A DNA stretch of 64,000 bases, taken from contig CAZTCH010000002.1 in NCBI GenBank assembly GCA_964612745.1, positions 1,009-65,008 on the forward strand, in the 5' to 3' direction. The DNA is from an uncultured Candidatus Saccharibacteria bacterium (lineage in GTDB: Bacteria; Patescibacteriota; Doudnabacteria; UBA920). The position numbers were made by a program, and so were the translations under genes. Within the stretch, counting starts at the first letter, position 1. Each line of letters opens with the position of its first letter. A model generated the notes under the pieces. It was not told the origin of the DNA, did no database searches, and was given only the letters and a program-made list of their open reading frames with translations. Below are positions 38,236-49,099 of the stretch, piece after piece.

Positions 38236-39252
38236 TTATTTTATACTGAGTATGCTTCGTTTGTAACTGTCCAAATTATCGAGCGCTACACCAGTACCTT
38301 TTGCGACACACAAGAGCGGATCTTCTGCCACAAAACATGGCACGCCAATTGCTTCGGAAATATACCGATCAAGGTTGCGCAGTTGTGCGGTCCCACCAGT
38401 CATAACCATACCTTTGTCTATAATGTCTGCAACAAGTTCTGGTGGGGTGTCTTGCAAAACTGTTTTAATCGCACGTACTATCTCCTGTAAGTCTTCTGTA
38501 ATTGCTTCTACCACTTCGTTCGTAGACACCGTGAGCGTGCGTGGCAAACCCGTGACGCCATCACGCCCCTTGGTTTCCATGACTTCTTCTTCGGGTAATG
38601 CTTGCGCACTGCCAATAGTAATTTTGATTTCTTCTGCGGTTCTGTCGCCAATGGCAAGCCCATGGCGCTTACGCACAAAGTCTACAATGCTCTGGTCTAG
38701 CCGGTTCCCTGCGACACGTACCGAAGTGGAATTCACAATACCACCCAAAGACAACACTGCCACATCGGTAGTCCCGCCACCAATATCAATCACCAAATTT
38801 CCTGCAGCACTGCCAATTGGAATCCCCGCCCCTATTGCCGCAGCAACTGTTTCTTTAATAACAAACGCTTGGCGAGCCCCCGCAGCACGAGCCGCGTCCA
38901 ACACCGCACGACGTTCAGTCGAAGTCACACCCCCTGGCACACTAATCATAACTTCTGGCCGCACCAATCGGAACCCTGGCAACGCTTTGTTAATAAAATA
39001 ACGCAGCATTGCTTCAGTCACTCGATAGTCTGCAATCACCCCGTCTCGCATTGGCCTTCGGGCAACAATGGTTTCTGGTGTTCTACCCAACATGTCTTTT
39101 GCCTCTTGTCCCACAGCTAAGACACGGTTGTCGTCGAGCGTAATAGCTACAACGGTGGGCTCATTGATTACAATCCCTTGATGGGGCAAAAATACCAGCG
39201 TATTTGCTGTACCCAAGTCTATCCCAACTTTGTTTTGAAACCATTTAGACAT
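38236..39252 (-). CDS. mreB: Rod shape-determining protein MreB (ORF track extends upstream to 39321)
   Basis: IGIDLGTANT phosphate-1 motif and actin-fold body. Confidence 0.85.
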   Translation of the reverse strand: MSKWFQNKVGIDLGTANTLVFLPHQGIVINEPTVVAITLDDNRVLAVGQEAKDMLGRTPETIVARRPMRDGVIADYRVTEAMLRYFINKALPGFRLVRPEVMISVPGGVTSTERRAVLDAARAAGARQAFVIKETVAAAIGAGIPIGSAAGNLVIDIGGGTTDVAVLSLGGIVNSTSVRVAGNRLDQSIVDFVRKRHGLAIGDRTAEEIKITIGSAQALPEEEVMETKGRDGVTGLPRTLTVSTNEVVEAITEDLQEIVRAIKTVLQDTPPELVADIIDKGMVMTGGTAQLRNLDRYISEAIGVPCFVAEDPLLCVAKGTGVALDNLDSYKRSILSIK

Positions 39253-39423
39253 ATGCTTCTTCAAGTTACACCTGTAGGCAGAAAGAGCTGTTTTTGCAGT
39301 ACTTTTCAGAGCTTCCCACAAACCACACGACCTCTACATGCATCTAGTATACCAAACCCTACCAGTTTGTAGTAGAGCCCAAAAGTGACTATACTATATT
39401 GAGATTATATTTATTTTTTCCTC

Positions 39424-40719
39424 ATGAAAGTTCGATACCGCTACACACTTATCGCCCTTGGCATTGCCACCTTCCTTATTCTTGCCCCATCCCTATTACT
39501 CTATGTACAGGGCAAACGGTGGACGACAAAACCAACACAGTCTCCCAAAACAGGCATTATCTCTATCGAAACAGAGCCGAATAATGCCACTGTCTTTGTA
39601 AACTCCACAGAAGAGCTCACCACCCCTGGCGCAGTCCGGTTTCTTCCTACTGGCAGATACGACACCCGTATAACCAAAGAAGGTTACAAAACATGGGAAA
39701 AAACTTTGTCGGTTATTGCCGGACGCGTGACCCACGCCAACCCAAACCCAGCCAAGCTCGCACTGGTGAAAGACACGCAACCTCAAACAATCGCTACAAA
39801 CGTCACTCATGCAGCAAGTAGCGACGAGCACATTGCGTACACTACAACCGGAAAAAAACTGGTTATTACTGACCGCACCGGAAGCACTGCAGAGTCCACA
39901 ACCTTACCAGCAGAAGCAACAACGCTGCAAACAGGAGCACAAAAAAATCAGTTCATAGTGACTGGACCAGCGTATGCATGGGTGGTTGCGCCCAACACAG
40001 CACCAATACAACTCCCCGCAAACTTTTCGGAAGGAACCACCTTCCCTACTGTAGATGCAGTCGTACACCTTACCCCCACAGGCGACCTACTCTACACCAC
40101 CCTCGCACAACCAAACAATGTAAAAATCTTAGCTCGAAAAGTGAAAGGTTTTACGCTGCACAGTTCGGATGTCTACTACCTCGCCGCAAAAGAAACGCAA
40201 CAAGACAAACCACAACAACTCCTACTCATACATGGCACACTCAAAGAAGGAGCAGTTATTGGCATGCAGGAATTTAGCACAAACCTGAACGATACAGAGA
40301 GCAGCGTGTTTCTCGACGAAGGCAAAAGCGTGTACATACTCCAAGCAAACACATTGTACCGACTCGCGGAAAATGCAAAGCAAATCGCAACGGGAGTGAC
40401 CAGTGCCAGCACTACCTCTGGAAACCTGACCTACACGACCCCGAGCGAATTTTGGTCTTACTCCAGCACGAGTGACAGCTCGTCACTAATCTCTCGTTCC
40501 TCGCAGCCCTTTAGCACGTACTTGATTGCCCCAAACAAGCAGTACGTTCTCGCTGCACCAGACAAAGAGCTGGTAGCCTTAGAAATAAATGCGGAGTTTG
40601 GGCAAAACCGTTACACCTTGGATACCGCCACAGACAAACTATCCCCGATTGCATTTATGCAAAATACCCACGCTCTGTACCTCTCAGGGACGACTCTAAA
40701 ACTGATTGAGCTATTTTAA
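39424..40719 (+). CDS. PEGA domain-containing membrane-anchored protein
   Basis: N-terminal TM then PEGA-like IETEPNNATVFVN..G..P. Confidence 0.45.
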   Translation: MKVRYRYTLIALGIATFLILAPSLLLYVQGKRWTTKPTQSPKTGIISIETEPNNATVFVNSTEELTTPGAVRFLPTGRYDTRITKEGYKTWEKTLSVIAGRVTHANPNPAKLALVKDTQPQTIATNVTHAASSDEHIAYTTTGKKLVITDRTGSTAESTTLPAEATTLQTGAQKNQFIVTGPAYAWVVAPNTAPIQLPANFSEGTTFPTVDAVVHLTPTGDLLYTTLAQPNNVKILARKVKGFTLHSSDVYYLAAKETQQDKPQQLLLIHGTLKEGAVIGMQEFSTNLNDTESSVFLDEGKSVYILQANTLYRLAENAKQIATGVTSASTTSGNLTYTTPSEFWSYSSTSDSSSLISRSSQPFSTYLIAPNKQYVLAAPDKELVALEINAEFGQNRYTLDTATDKLSPIAFMQNTHALYLSGTTLKLIELF

Positions 40720-41135
40720 CGTTCCGCGTGTGCATCCAGCGCTTGGTTAACCATTCGGTCAGCGTCTTTGTTAAACTCGCGCCTCACGTGTTCAAACGTT
40801 ACTTCCGTAAAATTATTTTTTAGTTGGATTACTTTTGCAGCCAATACTTGTAGTGTTGGCTCTTTTATTTTGTACCGGCCCTGCATTTGTCGCACGATCA
40901 GTTCGCTATCCATGTACACGGCAACCGCTTGCGCACCAAGGTCTTTTGCTGTTTCCAGTGCTTTTACCAGTGCACTGTACTCCGCTACGTTGTTGGTAGC
41001 GATGCCAATGTATGACCCATGTTCAAAAATAACTTCAGAAGTTTCTGCGTTACGAATGACTACTCCAATTGCTGCGTGCCCTGGGTTACCCCGTGACCCA
41101 CCATCAGTATGTACTGTTACTTTTTGTATATGCAT
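40716..41135 (-). CDS. rnhA: Ribonuclease HI
   Basis: TDGGSRGNPG motif and DEDD-type RNase H residues. Confidence 0.8.
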   Translation of the reverse strand: MHIQKVTVHTDGGSRGNPGHAAIGVVIRNAETSEVIFEHGSYIGIATNNVAEYSALVKALETAKDLGAQAVAVYMDSELIVRQMQGRYKIKEPTLQVLAAKVIQLKNNFTEVTFEHVRREFNKDADRMVNQALDAHAER

Positions 41136-41140
41136 ATATT

Positions 41141-42874
41141 TTAGTGTACCTCAGTTTCTGCGAGGCGTATATCTATAACTCGACACTTCAACTTCCGCAC
41201 CCCATTCCACGCATCTGCCATCAACTCTACGACGACATCGCAGCGTGTCTCCAGTGGGAACATGTCGGCGATGTGCGCCATGCTAAATCCTATTCCCGCC
41301 AGTGGCACCCCACCCACGTCGAATACCACCTGCACGTGCGTAGACTCTTTACCCACTTTACGCGCTTGCTGCAACACCGCTCCGCGCAGCAAAAACACCG
41401 GCTTCGGGTTACCAGCTCCAAATGGTGCCAAACGCTCGAGCTGGTCAAAACAATCCAGTGTGAGATCTTCTACTCCCAGTACTGCGTCAACATCTATCCC
41501 TTTTTCGGATTCGAACCCTGCTGCAGTTTCGGCATAGCGAGCGATAGCAATACGAAATGCTTCTAAGTTTTCTGGTAAGAGACTCAAACCAGCTGCTTCT
41601 TTGTGGCCGCCATATTTTACTAAATACTCACTCGTCGCTTGTAGCGCAGCCACCACGTCAAATTCACCCCACGTGCGCGCCGAACCAGTGCACATATCTG
41701 TAGCTGCTTCTAGTACAATGACTGGCTTCATGAACTCGGTTGCCAAGCGGCCCGCAGCTATCCCCACAATCCCTTTAGGCCAATCTGTCCCTGCGAGCAC
41801 CAATACTTTGCGTTCACCTTGCAGCTGTGCTTGCTCTCTTGCTTCAGAAATAAGCCGACTGGTAAGCTCTTGCCTTCGTGTATTCACTTTGTCCAGCACC
41901 AGCGCTGCTTGCCCTGCCACTACAGGGTCACGAGCAAGGAGTGTGTCTAGCGCGATGTTTGCGTGCTCCAGTCGCCCTGCTGCGTTAATCCGCGGTGCAA
42001 GCAAAAACCCCAACGTGTACGTCGTGAGTTCGCTTGCTGCATCCTTAACCGCCAGCCCGAGGATGGCACGCAACCCTGCCCATTTAGTACGCGCCAGCAC
42101 TTTTAAGCCATACTTCACAAAAATACGATTTTCGCCAAGGAGACTATGACAATCTGCCACTGTTCCTATCGCTACCAAATCGAGCAGCCACTTATCCCAA
42201 TTGGCTACGTATTGCTCTTCGGAAATCCCTTTCAGTTTTACGACCTTCGCTTTTTCGTCTAAGAGCGCCTTCGCCAGTTTGTACGCCACACCCACACCAG
42301 TAATCTGATGGTCAGGATACTGCTCGGTTGGATTTTTTGGATTAATCAAAGCGTACGGTGTCGGCACTTCCCCCGTAATTTCGTGGTGGTCGGTAATAAT
42401 CAAATCGATTCCCTGCTTTTTACACCACTCCGCGACGTCCACCGAGTTAGTCCCACAGTCTACCGTTATAACCACTTGCGCACCATCTGCTTGGATTTTT
42501 TCGAATGCTTCAATGTTCAAGCCGTACCCTTCGGTAAAACGGTCAGGAATATAGCTCCCAATATCTACCCCCAAATACCGAAAGGTTTGGGTCAACACAG
42601 CGTTAGCCGTTACGGCATCTGCGTCGTAGTCACTGTAAATGACTATGCGCTCGCCTGATTCTATAGCTTTCCAAATTCTATCCACCGCCACGCGCATAGA
42701 CAAAAATGCGTAGGGGTCGTACTGGTCAGCGTAATCAATCTCCAAAAAGTGTTTAGTTTCACTTGCCGTCACCCCTCGCTGCCACAACAGCGTGGCAACC
42801 AGTGGAGTCACAGCCTCATATTCTGCCAAAACCGCCGCTGCAGGTATTTCTTTTTGCTTCCAAATCTTTGCCAT
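41141..42874 (-). CDS. recJ: Single-stranded-DNA-specific exonuclease RecJ
   Basis: DHH motifs (YSDYDADAV; ITDHH) plus DHHA1 region. Confidence 0.8.
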   Translation of the reverse strand: MAKIWKQKEIPAAAVLAEYEAVTPLVATLLWQRGVTASETKHFLEIDYADQYDPYAFLSMRVAVDRIWKAIESGERIVIYSDYDADAVTANAVLTQTFRYLGVDIGSYIPDRFTEGYGLNIEAFEKIQADGAQVVITVDCGTNSVDVAEWCKKQGIDLIITDHHEITGEVPTPYALINPKNPTEQYPDHQITGVGVAYKLAKALLDEKAKVVKLKGISEEQYVANWDKWLLDLVAIGTVADCHSLLGENRIFVKYGLKVLARTKWAGLRAILGLAVKDAASELTTYTLGFLLAPRINAAGRLEHANIALDTLLARDPVVAGQAALVLDKVNTRRQELTSRLISEAREQAQLQGERKVLVLAGTDWPKGIVGIAAGRLATEFMKPVIVLEAATDMCTGSARTWGEFDVVAALQATSEYLVKYGGHKEAAGLSLLPENLEAFRIAIARYAETAAGFESEKGIDVDAVLGVEDLTLDCFDQLERLAPFGAGNPKPVFLLRGAVLQQARKVGKESTHVQVVFDVGGVPLAGIGFSMAHIADMFPLETRCDVVVELMADAWNGVRKLKCRVIDIRLAETEVH

Positions 42875-43245
42875 ACGAGTAGTCTACCACACTTTAATAA
42901 AGCATTTAGAATAAGCCATATTTATACAACTTAATTGACATAATATGTATTATATGCTATAATATTTTTAATAATTTAACAATATCGTTAAATTTATTCC
43001 CAAAAGGAGCGATGCGATGCAATTGGAACATGACTTCACCTACGTTAGAACAGACGATGGACAACATCTTTTATCCCGCAAGTGCAGCACCTGCGGACTC
43101 GAGCAACAAGCAAACCAAGACACTTTCCCACAACCGGATGTGGAGTGTAATGGTTAATAAAAGGTTCCAACAGCAACAACAAAGAAGAGGCTATTCTCAT
43201 AGTCTCTTCTTTCATTTCCACGCATTATGGACATAACTCACGATT

Positions 43246-44847
43246 CTAAGTCAACGCTCGGAGCAGGCTCACCGCGGTCATTTCAGGCGGTTTTTCTAAG
43301 CCCATAAGGGCAAGCACGGTCGGTGCCACGTCACTTACTACTCCATCTGGAACTACGGTAGCCAATGAAGCATAATCTGGGCGCTCTTCTCTTATACGCC
43401 GCAAATCTTCTGCCACTAAAATAAATGGAATAGGATTGGTAGTGTGGTCTTTATCTATTTGCCCTGTTTTTACATTGACCATTTGCTCTATGTTGCCGTG
43501 GTCTGCAGTAATAATAAGGGCCCAGTCGTTCGCCAAAGCAGCTTCTGCCAGTTTCCCCATAGCGTCATCTATCGCCGCGACTGCTTGTATCCCCGCTTCC
43601 AAATTTCCGGTATGCCCCACCATGTCGGCGTTCGCATAGTTGGCCAAAATAAAATTCAGCTGTGGGTCTGCAAATTTTTCGAGCAGTACTTCGGTGAGAG
43701 CGGGTGCTGCCATTTGTGGCTGGTCAGAATAGTTGTTGCTATTGGAAGGACTGCGCACAATTTGCCTATCCTCCCCTGGGAGTGGGTCCGTGACGCCGCA
43801 ATTAAAGAACGCGGTCACGTGGGCGTATTTCTCACTTTCGGCTGCGTGAAATTGCTTTAATCCTTTTGCAGATAAATATTCTGCTAAGTTACCGTCGAGT
43901 ATTGGTGCAGAGTACGCCACGTGCACAGGCAGCCCTTGGCGATACTCCGTCATGGTGGCAAAATAAATGTTTTGCAACACCCGAATCTGCGAAGCCAACG
44001 GTGTGCGTACAGTTTCTACAAATGCTTGCGTGAGCTGCAGTGCTCGATCTTGGCGGAAATTAAAAAAGATAATTGCATCGCCATCGGCAATTTTGCCCAC
44101 CGCATGACCTTGCTCATCTACCAACACACTCGGTGGGATCATTTCGTCGTACACACCACTCGCATACTGGCCTTGGACACAGCTCTCTGCCCCTGCTGCT
44201 TCCACCCCCACACCTTCGACTAATGCGCGGTACGTCTGTTCGATTTGGTTCCAGTGTCCACCCCGATCCATTGCATAAAACCTACCCGTAATAGTCGCAA
44301 TCTTACCCACTCCAATCTCTGCAATTTTTTGCTCGAGCCTAGCTATATCTTGCAATGCTACTCGTTCTGGTGTGTCTCTGCCATCCAAAAAGATATGCAC
44401 AAACACACGGGAGATCCCCCGCATTTCCGCCAAAGCCAAAAGAGCAAATAGATGGTCAATAGACCCGTGCACGCCACCTGAGCTCGTTATGCCCATCAGG
44501 TGTAAAGCCGAGTTGTTAGCCCGAGCGTGCTCACACGCCCCCACGAGCGCTGGATTGCTATAGAAGCTGTCGTCCTGAATAGCAGCATTTATACGGGGTA
44601 AATCTTGCGCCACAATACGCCCTGCACCCATGTTTAAATGCCCCACTTCGGAGTTGCCCATCTCACCCCATGGCAAACCAACGAGAGGTCCAGATGCTTG
44701 CAAAGTCGTAGAAGGAAACTGCCCTACGAGATTATCGATGTGTGGCGTACCTGCTAACGATATGGCATTGCCCCGCGAAGGACTTGCCACGCCAAAGCCA
44801 TCCAACACAACGAGCGCTACTTTTGTATATTGTTTTGGTGTTACCAT
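43246..44847 (-). CDS. gpmI: 2,3-bisphosphoglycerate-independent phosphoglycerate mutase
   Basis: VALVVLDGFG start, SEVGHLNMGAGR, TADHGN motifs. Confidence 0.85.
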   Translation of the reverse strand: MVTPKQYTKVALVVLDGFGVASPSRGNAISLAGTPHIDNLVGQFPSTTLQASGPLVGLPWGEMGNSEVGHLNMGAGRIVAQDLPRINAAIQDDSFYSNPALVGACEHARANNSALHLMGITSSGGVHGSIDHLFALLALAEMRGISRVFVHIFLDGRDTPERVALQDIARLEQKIAEIGVGKIATITGRFYAMDRGGHWNQIEQTYRALVEGVGVEAAGAESCVQGQYASGVYDEMIPPSVLVDEQGHAVGKIADGDAIIFFNFRQDRALQLTQAFVETVRTPLASQIRVLQNIYFATMTEYRQGLPVHVAYSAPILDGNLAEYLSAKGLKQFHAAESEKYAHVTAFFNCGVTDPLPGEDRQIVRSPSNSNNYSDQPQMAAPALTEVLLEKFADPQLNFILANYANADMVGHTGNLEAGIQAVAAIDDAMGKLAEAALANDWALIITADHGNIEQMVNVKTGQIDKDHTTNPIPFILVAEDLRRIREERPDYASLATVVPDGVVSDVAPTVLALMGLEKPPEMTAVSLLRALT

Positions 44848-44855
44848 AAAAAACG

Positions 44856-46100
44856 TTATTCAAGCGCGCGAATACCGGGAAGTTCTTTACCCGCTAGATA
44901 TTCCAACAAAGCTCCACCACCTGTCGACACATGATCTACATAACTTGCTTGCCCTGCCTGCCTGACCGCGTCCACTGTTTCACCACCACCCACCACTGCA
45001 AAGGCTCTACCAGTTCCGACTCCACCAACCACACGGGCCAGCGCCATCGTCGCATGATGAAACGGAGGATGCTCAAAAAATCCAAGCGGCCCGTTCCAAA
45101 TAACTGTTTTTGCTTGCTTGAGCACTTTCGCAAAGGCTAATATAGTTTTTGGTCCTGCGTCTAAAATAAGCTCACTCTTTTTTACTTCGTGAGGTGCACA
45201 CGTTCGAATAGAAGACTTTTCTAACTTAGCGTTCGCAACCACAACATCTACCGGCAACACTAATTTGCCTTTAAAGTTTTTATCCATTTGCCATGCAAGC
45301 TTCACCGCTTCACTTTCAGCTTTCGATTTCCCTATCTCATATCCCCGTGCCGCAAAAAACAAGTTTGCCAACCCACCACCAACTAAAATAGTATCGGCAC
45401 GCTGCCCAAGGTTTTGTAATGTTTTAGCTTTATCAGAAATTTTTGCCCCGCCCATCATGACTACAAATGGGCTCTTTGGGCGATGCAATAACTTTTGCAA
45501 CCCTTTAATCTCTTGCTCCAGCAACAACCCAGCAAACGAAGCAGCTGCATATTTCGGAATACCAGTAATGGAAGCTGCACGCCGATGATCAACCGCAAAC
45601 GCTTCGTTCACGTAGGCCTCACCAAGACTCGCCAACATCCGTGCGAACTTAGTGTCATTCGCTTCTTCTTCTGGATAGAACCGAATATTTTCAAGCAAAA
45701 CCAAACTCCCCAAAGGAAGTGCAGTAAGTGTTTCTCGTTCTGCTTCTTGTGTTATATCTCCGGTAAAAAAGAATAACTTCTTCAGCGCTTGTTCACCTGA
45801 TATGCTCTTTCCTTCTTGTAGTGGCACCGAAAGCAACTCTGCCAGCTTCTTCGCGACAGGCAACAGAGAATACTTTTTTACCCACGCACCATCTGGACGA
45901 CCTAAGTGACCACACAAAATAACTGTGCAACCCCTCTCTCGCAAGTAGGCAATGGTTGGCAAGATTGCACGAATCCGAAAATCGTCAGACACCTGCCCTG
46001 CGTCAGACAATGGCGTATTGATGTCGACACGCATGACTACTGTCTTGTTTTTGATTTTGCTAGACCTGAGATATGTTATTGCCATAATATAAGATACCAA
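44856..46100 (-). CDS. pgk: Phosphoglycerate kinase
   Basis: RVDINTPL N-terminus and GGGA hinge motifs. Confidence 0.85.
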   Translation of the reverse strand: MVSYIMAITYLRSSKIKNKTVVMRVDINTPLSDAGQVSDDFRIRAILPTIAYLRERGCTVILCGHLGRPDGAWVKKYSLLPVAKKLAELLSVPLQEGKSISGEQALKKLFFFTGDITQEAERETLTALPLGSLVLLENIRFYPEEEANDTKFARMLASLGEAYVNEAFAVDHRRAASITGIPKYAAASFAGLLLEQEIKGLQKLLHRPKSPFVVMMGGAKISDKAKTLQNLGQRADTILVGGGLANLFFAARGYEIGKSKAESEAVKLAWQMDKNFKGKLVLPVDVVVANAKLEKSSIRTCAPHEVKKSELILDAGPKTILAFAKVLKQAKTVIWNGPLGFFEHPPFHHATMALARVVGGVGTGRAFAVVGGGETVDAVRQAGQASYVDHVSTGGGALLEYLAGKELPGIRALE

Positions 46101-46123
46101 TATACTAATAAATACGAATATAA

Positions 46124-46546
46124 CTAATACGTACCAATGGGATTTCGAAAGTTATCAATCCGAACAACCCGTGTTGGTTTAATATACTTATTTCTAAAAT
46201 TAACAAGAAGCGCCAACTTCAGCTGAGTCTCCTGCAAGTACCTTTGCGTTTGCTCATAGTCACTCTTCGTAAGCATTCGCTTACTTTTCATCTCAATCAC
46301 AATTTTGTTATCGATAACAAAATCTACTCTATTTCCACTTTCCCCTACTCGCAGTTCGCGTGCATATGCAAGCTTGGCGCTTCTTAAGCATTCTTCAAAC
46401 AGGTCACCATATTGCTTCTCGCGCGCATACGCCCCTAATTCGTTATGCACTTTAAACAACAACCCAGTCACTACATACGATAATTCACCGTACAAGAGCT
46501 TTGAAGATTGCATGGTAGTAGTACCTATTCGTATCATTAGTACCAA
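46124..46546 (-). CDS. GxxExxY protein (PD-(D/E)XK fold family), inserted between pgk and gap
   Basis: LLYGELSYVVTG (G-x-x-E-x-x-Y) and D..IEMK motif. Confidence 0.6.
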   Translation of the reverse strand: MVLMIRIGTTTMQSSKLLYGELSYVVTGLLFKVHNELGAYAREKQYGDLFEECLRSAKLAYARELRVGESGNRVDFVIDNKIVIEMKSKRMLTKSDYEQTQRYLQETQLKLALLVNFRNKYIKPTRVVRIDNFRNPIGTY

Positions 46547-46563
46547 TTCGTTGATTGGTATCT

Positions 46564-47595
46564 TTATTTGCTTCCGACATGAATCACTTGTTCAACTAAT
46601 CGATTGCTATAGCCAAACTCATTGTCGTACCACGCAATCACTTTTACAAAGTTTCCATCGACTACTTGTGTCAGTGCTAAATCCACAATACACGAAGCTG
46701 CGTTTCCAACTATGTCAGATGAAACAATAGGTTCATTCGTTACTTCCAAAATACCTTTAAACCGAGGAGAAGCTGCGGCTGCAGATAGCACCTGATTGAT
46801 TTCTTCTTTGCTGGTGCGCTTACCGAGTAACAAGGTAAAGTCAGACAAACTTCCGACTGGTGTTGGCACACGAATAGCTAACCCGTCGAATTTTCCTTTC
46901 AAATCTGGCAATGCTTGTGTTGCAGAAATTGCAGCACCGGTCGTAGTCGGAATAATATTCACCGCTGCAGCACGAGCACGGCGCAAATCGCCACTCTTTC
47001 CCCCTGGTGGCAAACCATCTATTAAGTTCTGCTCTGCAGTGTAACTATGAATAGTGGTCATGAAAGCTTTTTCGATACCAAAGGCATCATGTAGCACACT
47101 CATGACTGGAGTAATACAGTTAGTAGTGCAAGAAGCATTACTTATAATTGGTTGACCAGTATATTCTGCGTCATTTACGCCAAGTACGATGGTTGGAGTC
47201 ACCCCTTCGTCTTTTGCTGGTGCAGAAATAACGACATGCCGCGCCCCTGCGGTAATGTGTGCTCCAGCTTTTTCGCTGTCGGTAAACCGACCAGTGCATT
47301 CAATAACCACATCTACTGCCATTGCCTTCCAAGGCAAATTCACTGGCTCTTTCTCGCCGAGGATTGGATATTCTTTTCCATCTACACTGATTGCGCTTTC
47401 CGTATGGGTTACGGTGCGATGGTATGGGCCGTAGTTGGAATCGTACTTAAGCAAATGAGCCAATACTTCAGGGCTGGTAAAGTCATTAATCGCCACAATC
47501 TCCAGTTCTGGCTTTTCCAGCGCCAACTTAAACGCTTGACGACCGATGCGTCCAAAACCATTTATACCTACACGAATCTTCTTCTGTTCTGACAT
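46564..47595 (-). CDS. gap: Type I glyceraldehyde-3-phosphate dehydrogenase
   Basis: INGFGRIGR NAD motif and ASCTTNC active site. Confidence 0.9.
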   Translation of the reverse strand: MSEQKKIRVGINGFGRIGRQAFKLALEKPELEIVAINDFTSPEVLAHLLKYDSNYGPYHRTVTHTESAISVDGKEYPILGEKEPVNLPWKAMAVDVVIECTGRFTDSEKAGAHITAGARHVVISAPAKDEGVTPTIVLGVNDAEYTGQPIISNASCTTNCITPVMSVLHDAFGIEKAFMTTIHSYTAEQNLIDGLPPGGKSGDLRRARAAAVNIIPTTTGAAISATQALPDLKGKFDGLAIRVPTPVGSLSDFTLLLGKRTSKEEINQVLSAAAASPRFKGILEVTNEPIVSSDIVGNAASCIVDLALTQVVDGNFVKVIAWYDNEFGYSNRLVEQVIHVGSK

Positions 47596-47611
47596 ACTTG
47601 TTCTGTGTTAC

Positions 47612-47836
47612 TTAATTTTCTAGTAAATAGCTCGGTACTTTGAGCTTCCCCGTTGTTGCCTGCTTGACCTTCTTATCATGCTGCGGCAACTCGACATAAT
47701 CAGTGGAAACAAACAAAGCCCCTCGCCAATACAATACCGTACCCAGCGCAAAGAGCGCAACTGTGAAAAATGCATACATGCGAAATCGGACATTGATGTC
47801 CCGAACCGACGAGCCCGCCATACCTGAGCTAAACAT
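47612..47836 (-). CDS. Small hypothetical membrane protein
   Basis: 74 aa, one TM. Confidence 0.25.
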   Translation of the reverse strand: MFSSGMAGSSVRDINVRFRMYAFFTVALFALGTVLYWRGALFVSTDYVELPQHDKKVKQATTGKLKVPSYLLEN

Positions 47837-47914
47837 AGTGGTTGTTAGTTAATAAATGTTAAAAGAAATAGGCAAATAACTTATAGTTATCTCACTCTCT
47901 AGAGATGAGAATAA

Positions 47915-48165
47915 CTGAGAAGTCAAAATTCAAAAGTCAAAACTACAACTATAAACTGAAAACTATGTACGGAGCGTGTCCTGATGGGCATCTTCTCACA
48001 AAATCTTTGTAGCGCACTGCGGGCACTGTTTATACTACAGATATTTTAATAGAAGTATGTGAGAAGATGCCCATCAAGGGCTCGTGCATAAGAAAAGTTT
48101 TTAAATTTTTGAGTTGCAGTTTTGCGTTTTGATTTTTGAGTTTCTAGTTTTGTGGTTTTCCCACC
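47915..48165. mobile_element. MITE-like repeat copy D with perfect inverted repeat gatgggcatcttctcaca (47983-48000 / 48058-48075) and ~57-nt loop
   Basis: Arms and loop are the reverse complement of copy B. Confidence 0.6.
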
Positions 48166-48182
48166 CCCTGCACCCCTGACGT

Positions 48183-49058
48183 TCAGGCGTGACGACTCAC
48201 TACATTCATTGTTCCAAACTGTGCTATTTTTTTTGCAGCGGCTGCAGTTACGGCAGCAATAGCTGGCTTAAATAAAACCCGAGGGTCAACCTCTTCTGGT
48301 TGCGTCTTCAGAGACAACCGAAGGGCATCGGTAAATGCAATGCGTAGTTCGGTGTCTATATTTATTATAGCAACCCCTGCAGCAATGGATGCACGAATAA
48401 CTTCCGCATCTACCCCACTGGCCCCATGAAGCACTAAAGGAATACCCACGCGCTCTGATACTTGAGCAATGCGCTTAATATCTACCTGCGGTACTACCCC
48501 ACCACGAATTTTAATCACCCCATGCACAGTCCCAAATGCACCTGCCAAAGTATCTACACCAGTCGCCTTATAAAACTGCTCTGCTTCTTCTGGCTCAGTA
48601 AGCAAGCTCTCCGCTTCGGACACAGCGACCCAATCCTCACTCCCCCGAATTTTTCCAATCTCCCCTTGCACCCACGCACCGTGCGCATGCGCAAACTCCA
48701 CCATCGCTTTGGTATCACGCACATTCTCTTCGTATGCAAGCTTCGAGTGGTCAATCATGACACTCGAAAAGCCCAATTCAATCCCTCGCTTGAGTTGGTC
48801 CATGTCTTTCCCGTGATCCATGTGTATCGCAATAGGCACACTTGCAGCTTCGGCAACAGTCGCAAGAATCTCATAGAGTGTCGGCAGTCCTGCATAGGCA
48901 ATTGCCCCTTCCGAAACTTCCATAATAACCGGCACACCCGCAGCTTCTGCTGCAGCAACAATACCTCTGGTAATTTCCAAGTTCATGGTGTTGAATGCAG
49001 GATACGCAAACTTCCCCACGACATCAGAAGCAAATAGTTCTTTTATGTGTACGAGCAT
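48183..49058 (-). CDS. fba: Class II fructose-bisphosphate aldolase
   Basis: AFNTMNLE start; IHMDHG and HGASG zinc-binding motifs. Confidence 0.8.
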   Translation of the reverse strand: MLVHIKELFASDVVGKFAYPAFNTMNLEITRGIVAAAEAAGVPVIMEVSEGAIAYAGLPTLYEILATVAEAASVPIAIHMDHGKDMDQLKRGIELGFSSVMIDHSKLAYEENVRDTKAMVEFAHAHGAWVQGEIGKIRGSEDWVAVSEAESLLTEPEEAEQFYKATGVDTLAGAFGTVHGVIKIRGGVVPQVDIKRIAQVSERVGIPLVLHGASGVDAEVIRASIAAGVAIINIDTELRIAFTDALRLSLKTQPEEVDPRVLFKPAIAAVTAAAAKKIAQFGTMNVVSRHA

Positions 49059-49099
49059 AGGAGTTAGCGCTTAGAAATTAGGTGTTAGTAAGAAGGCAA

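Noticed and set aside
43012-43236. 74-aa ORF between recJ and gpmI
   Set aside because: No recognisable features; AT-rich promoter-like surroundings. Kept as probable non-coding.
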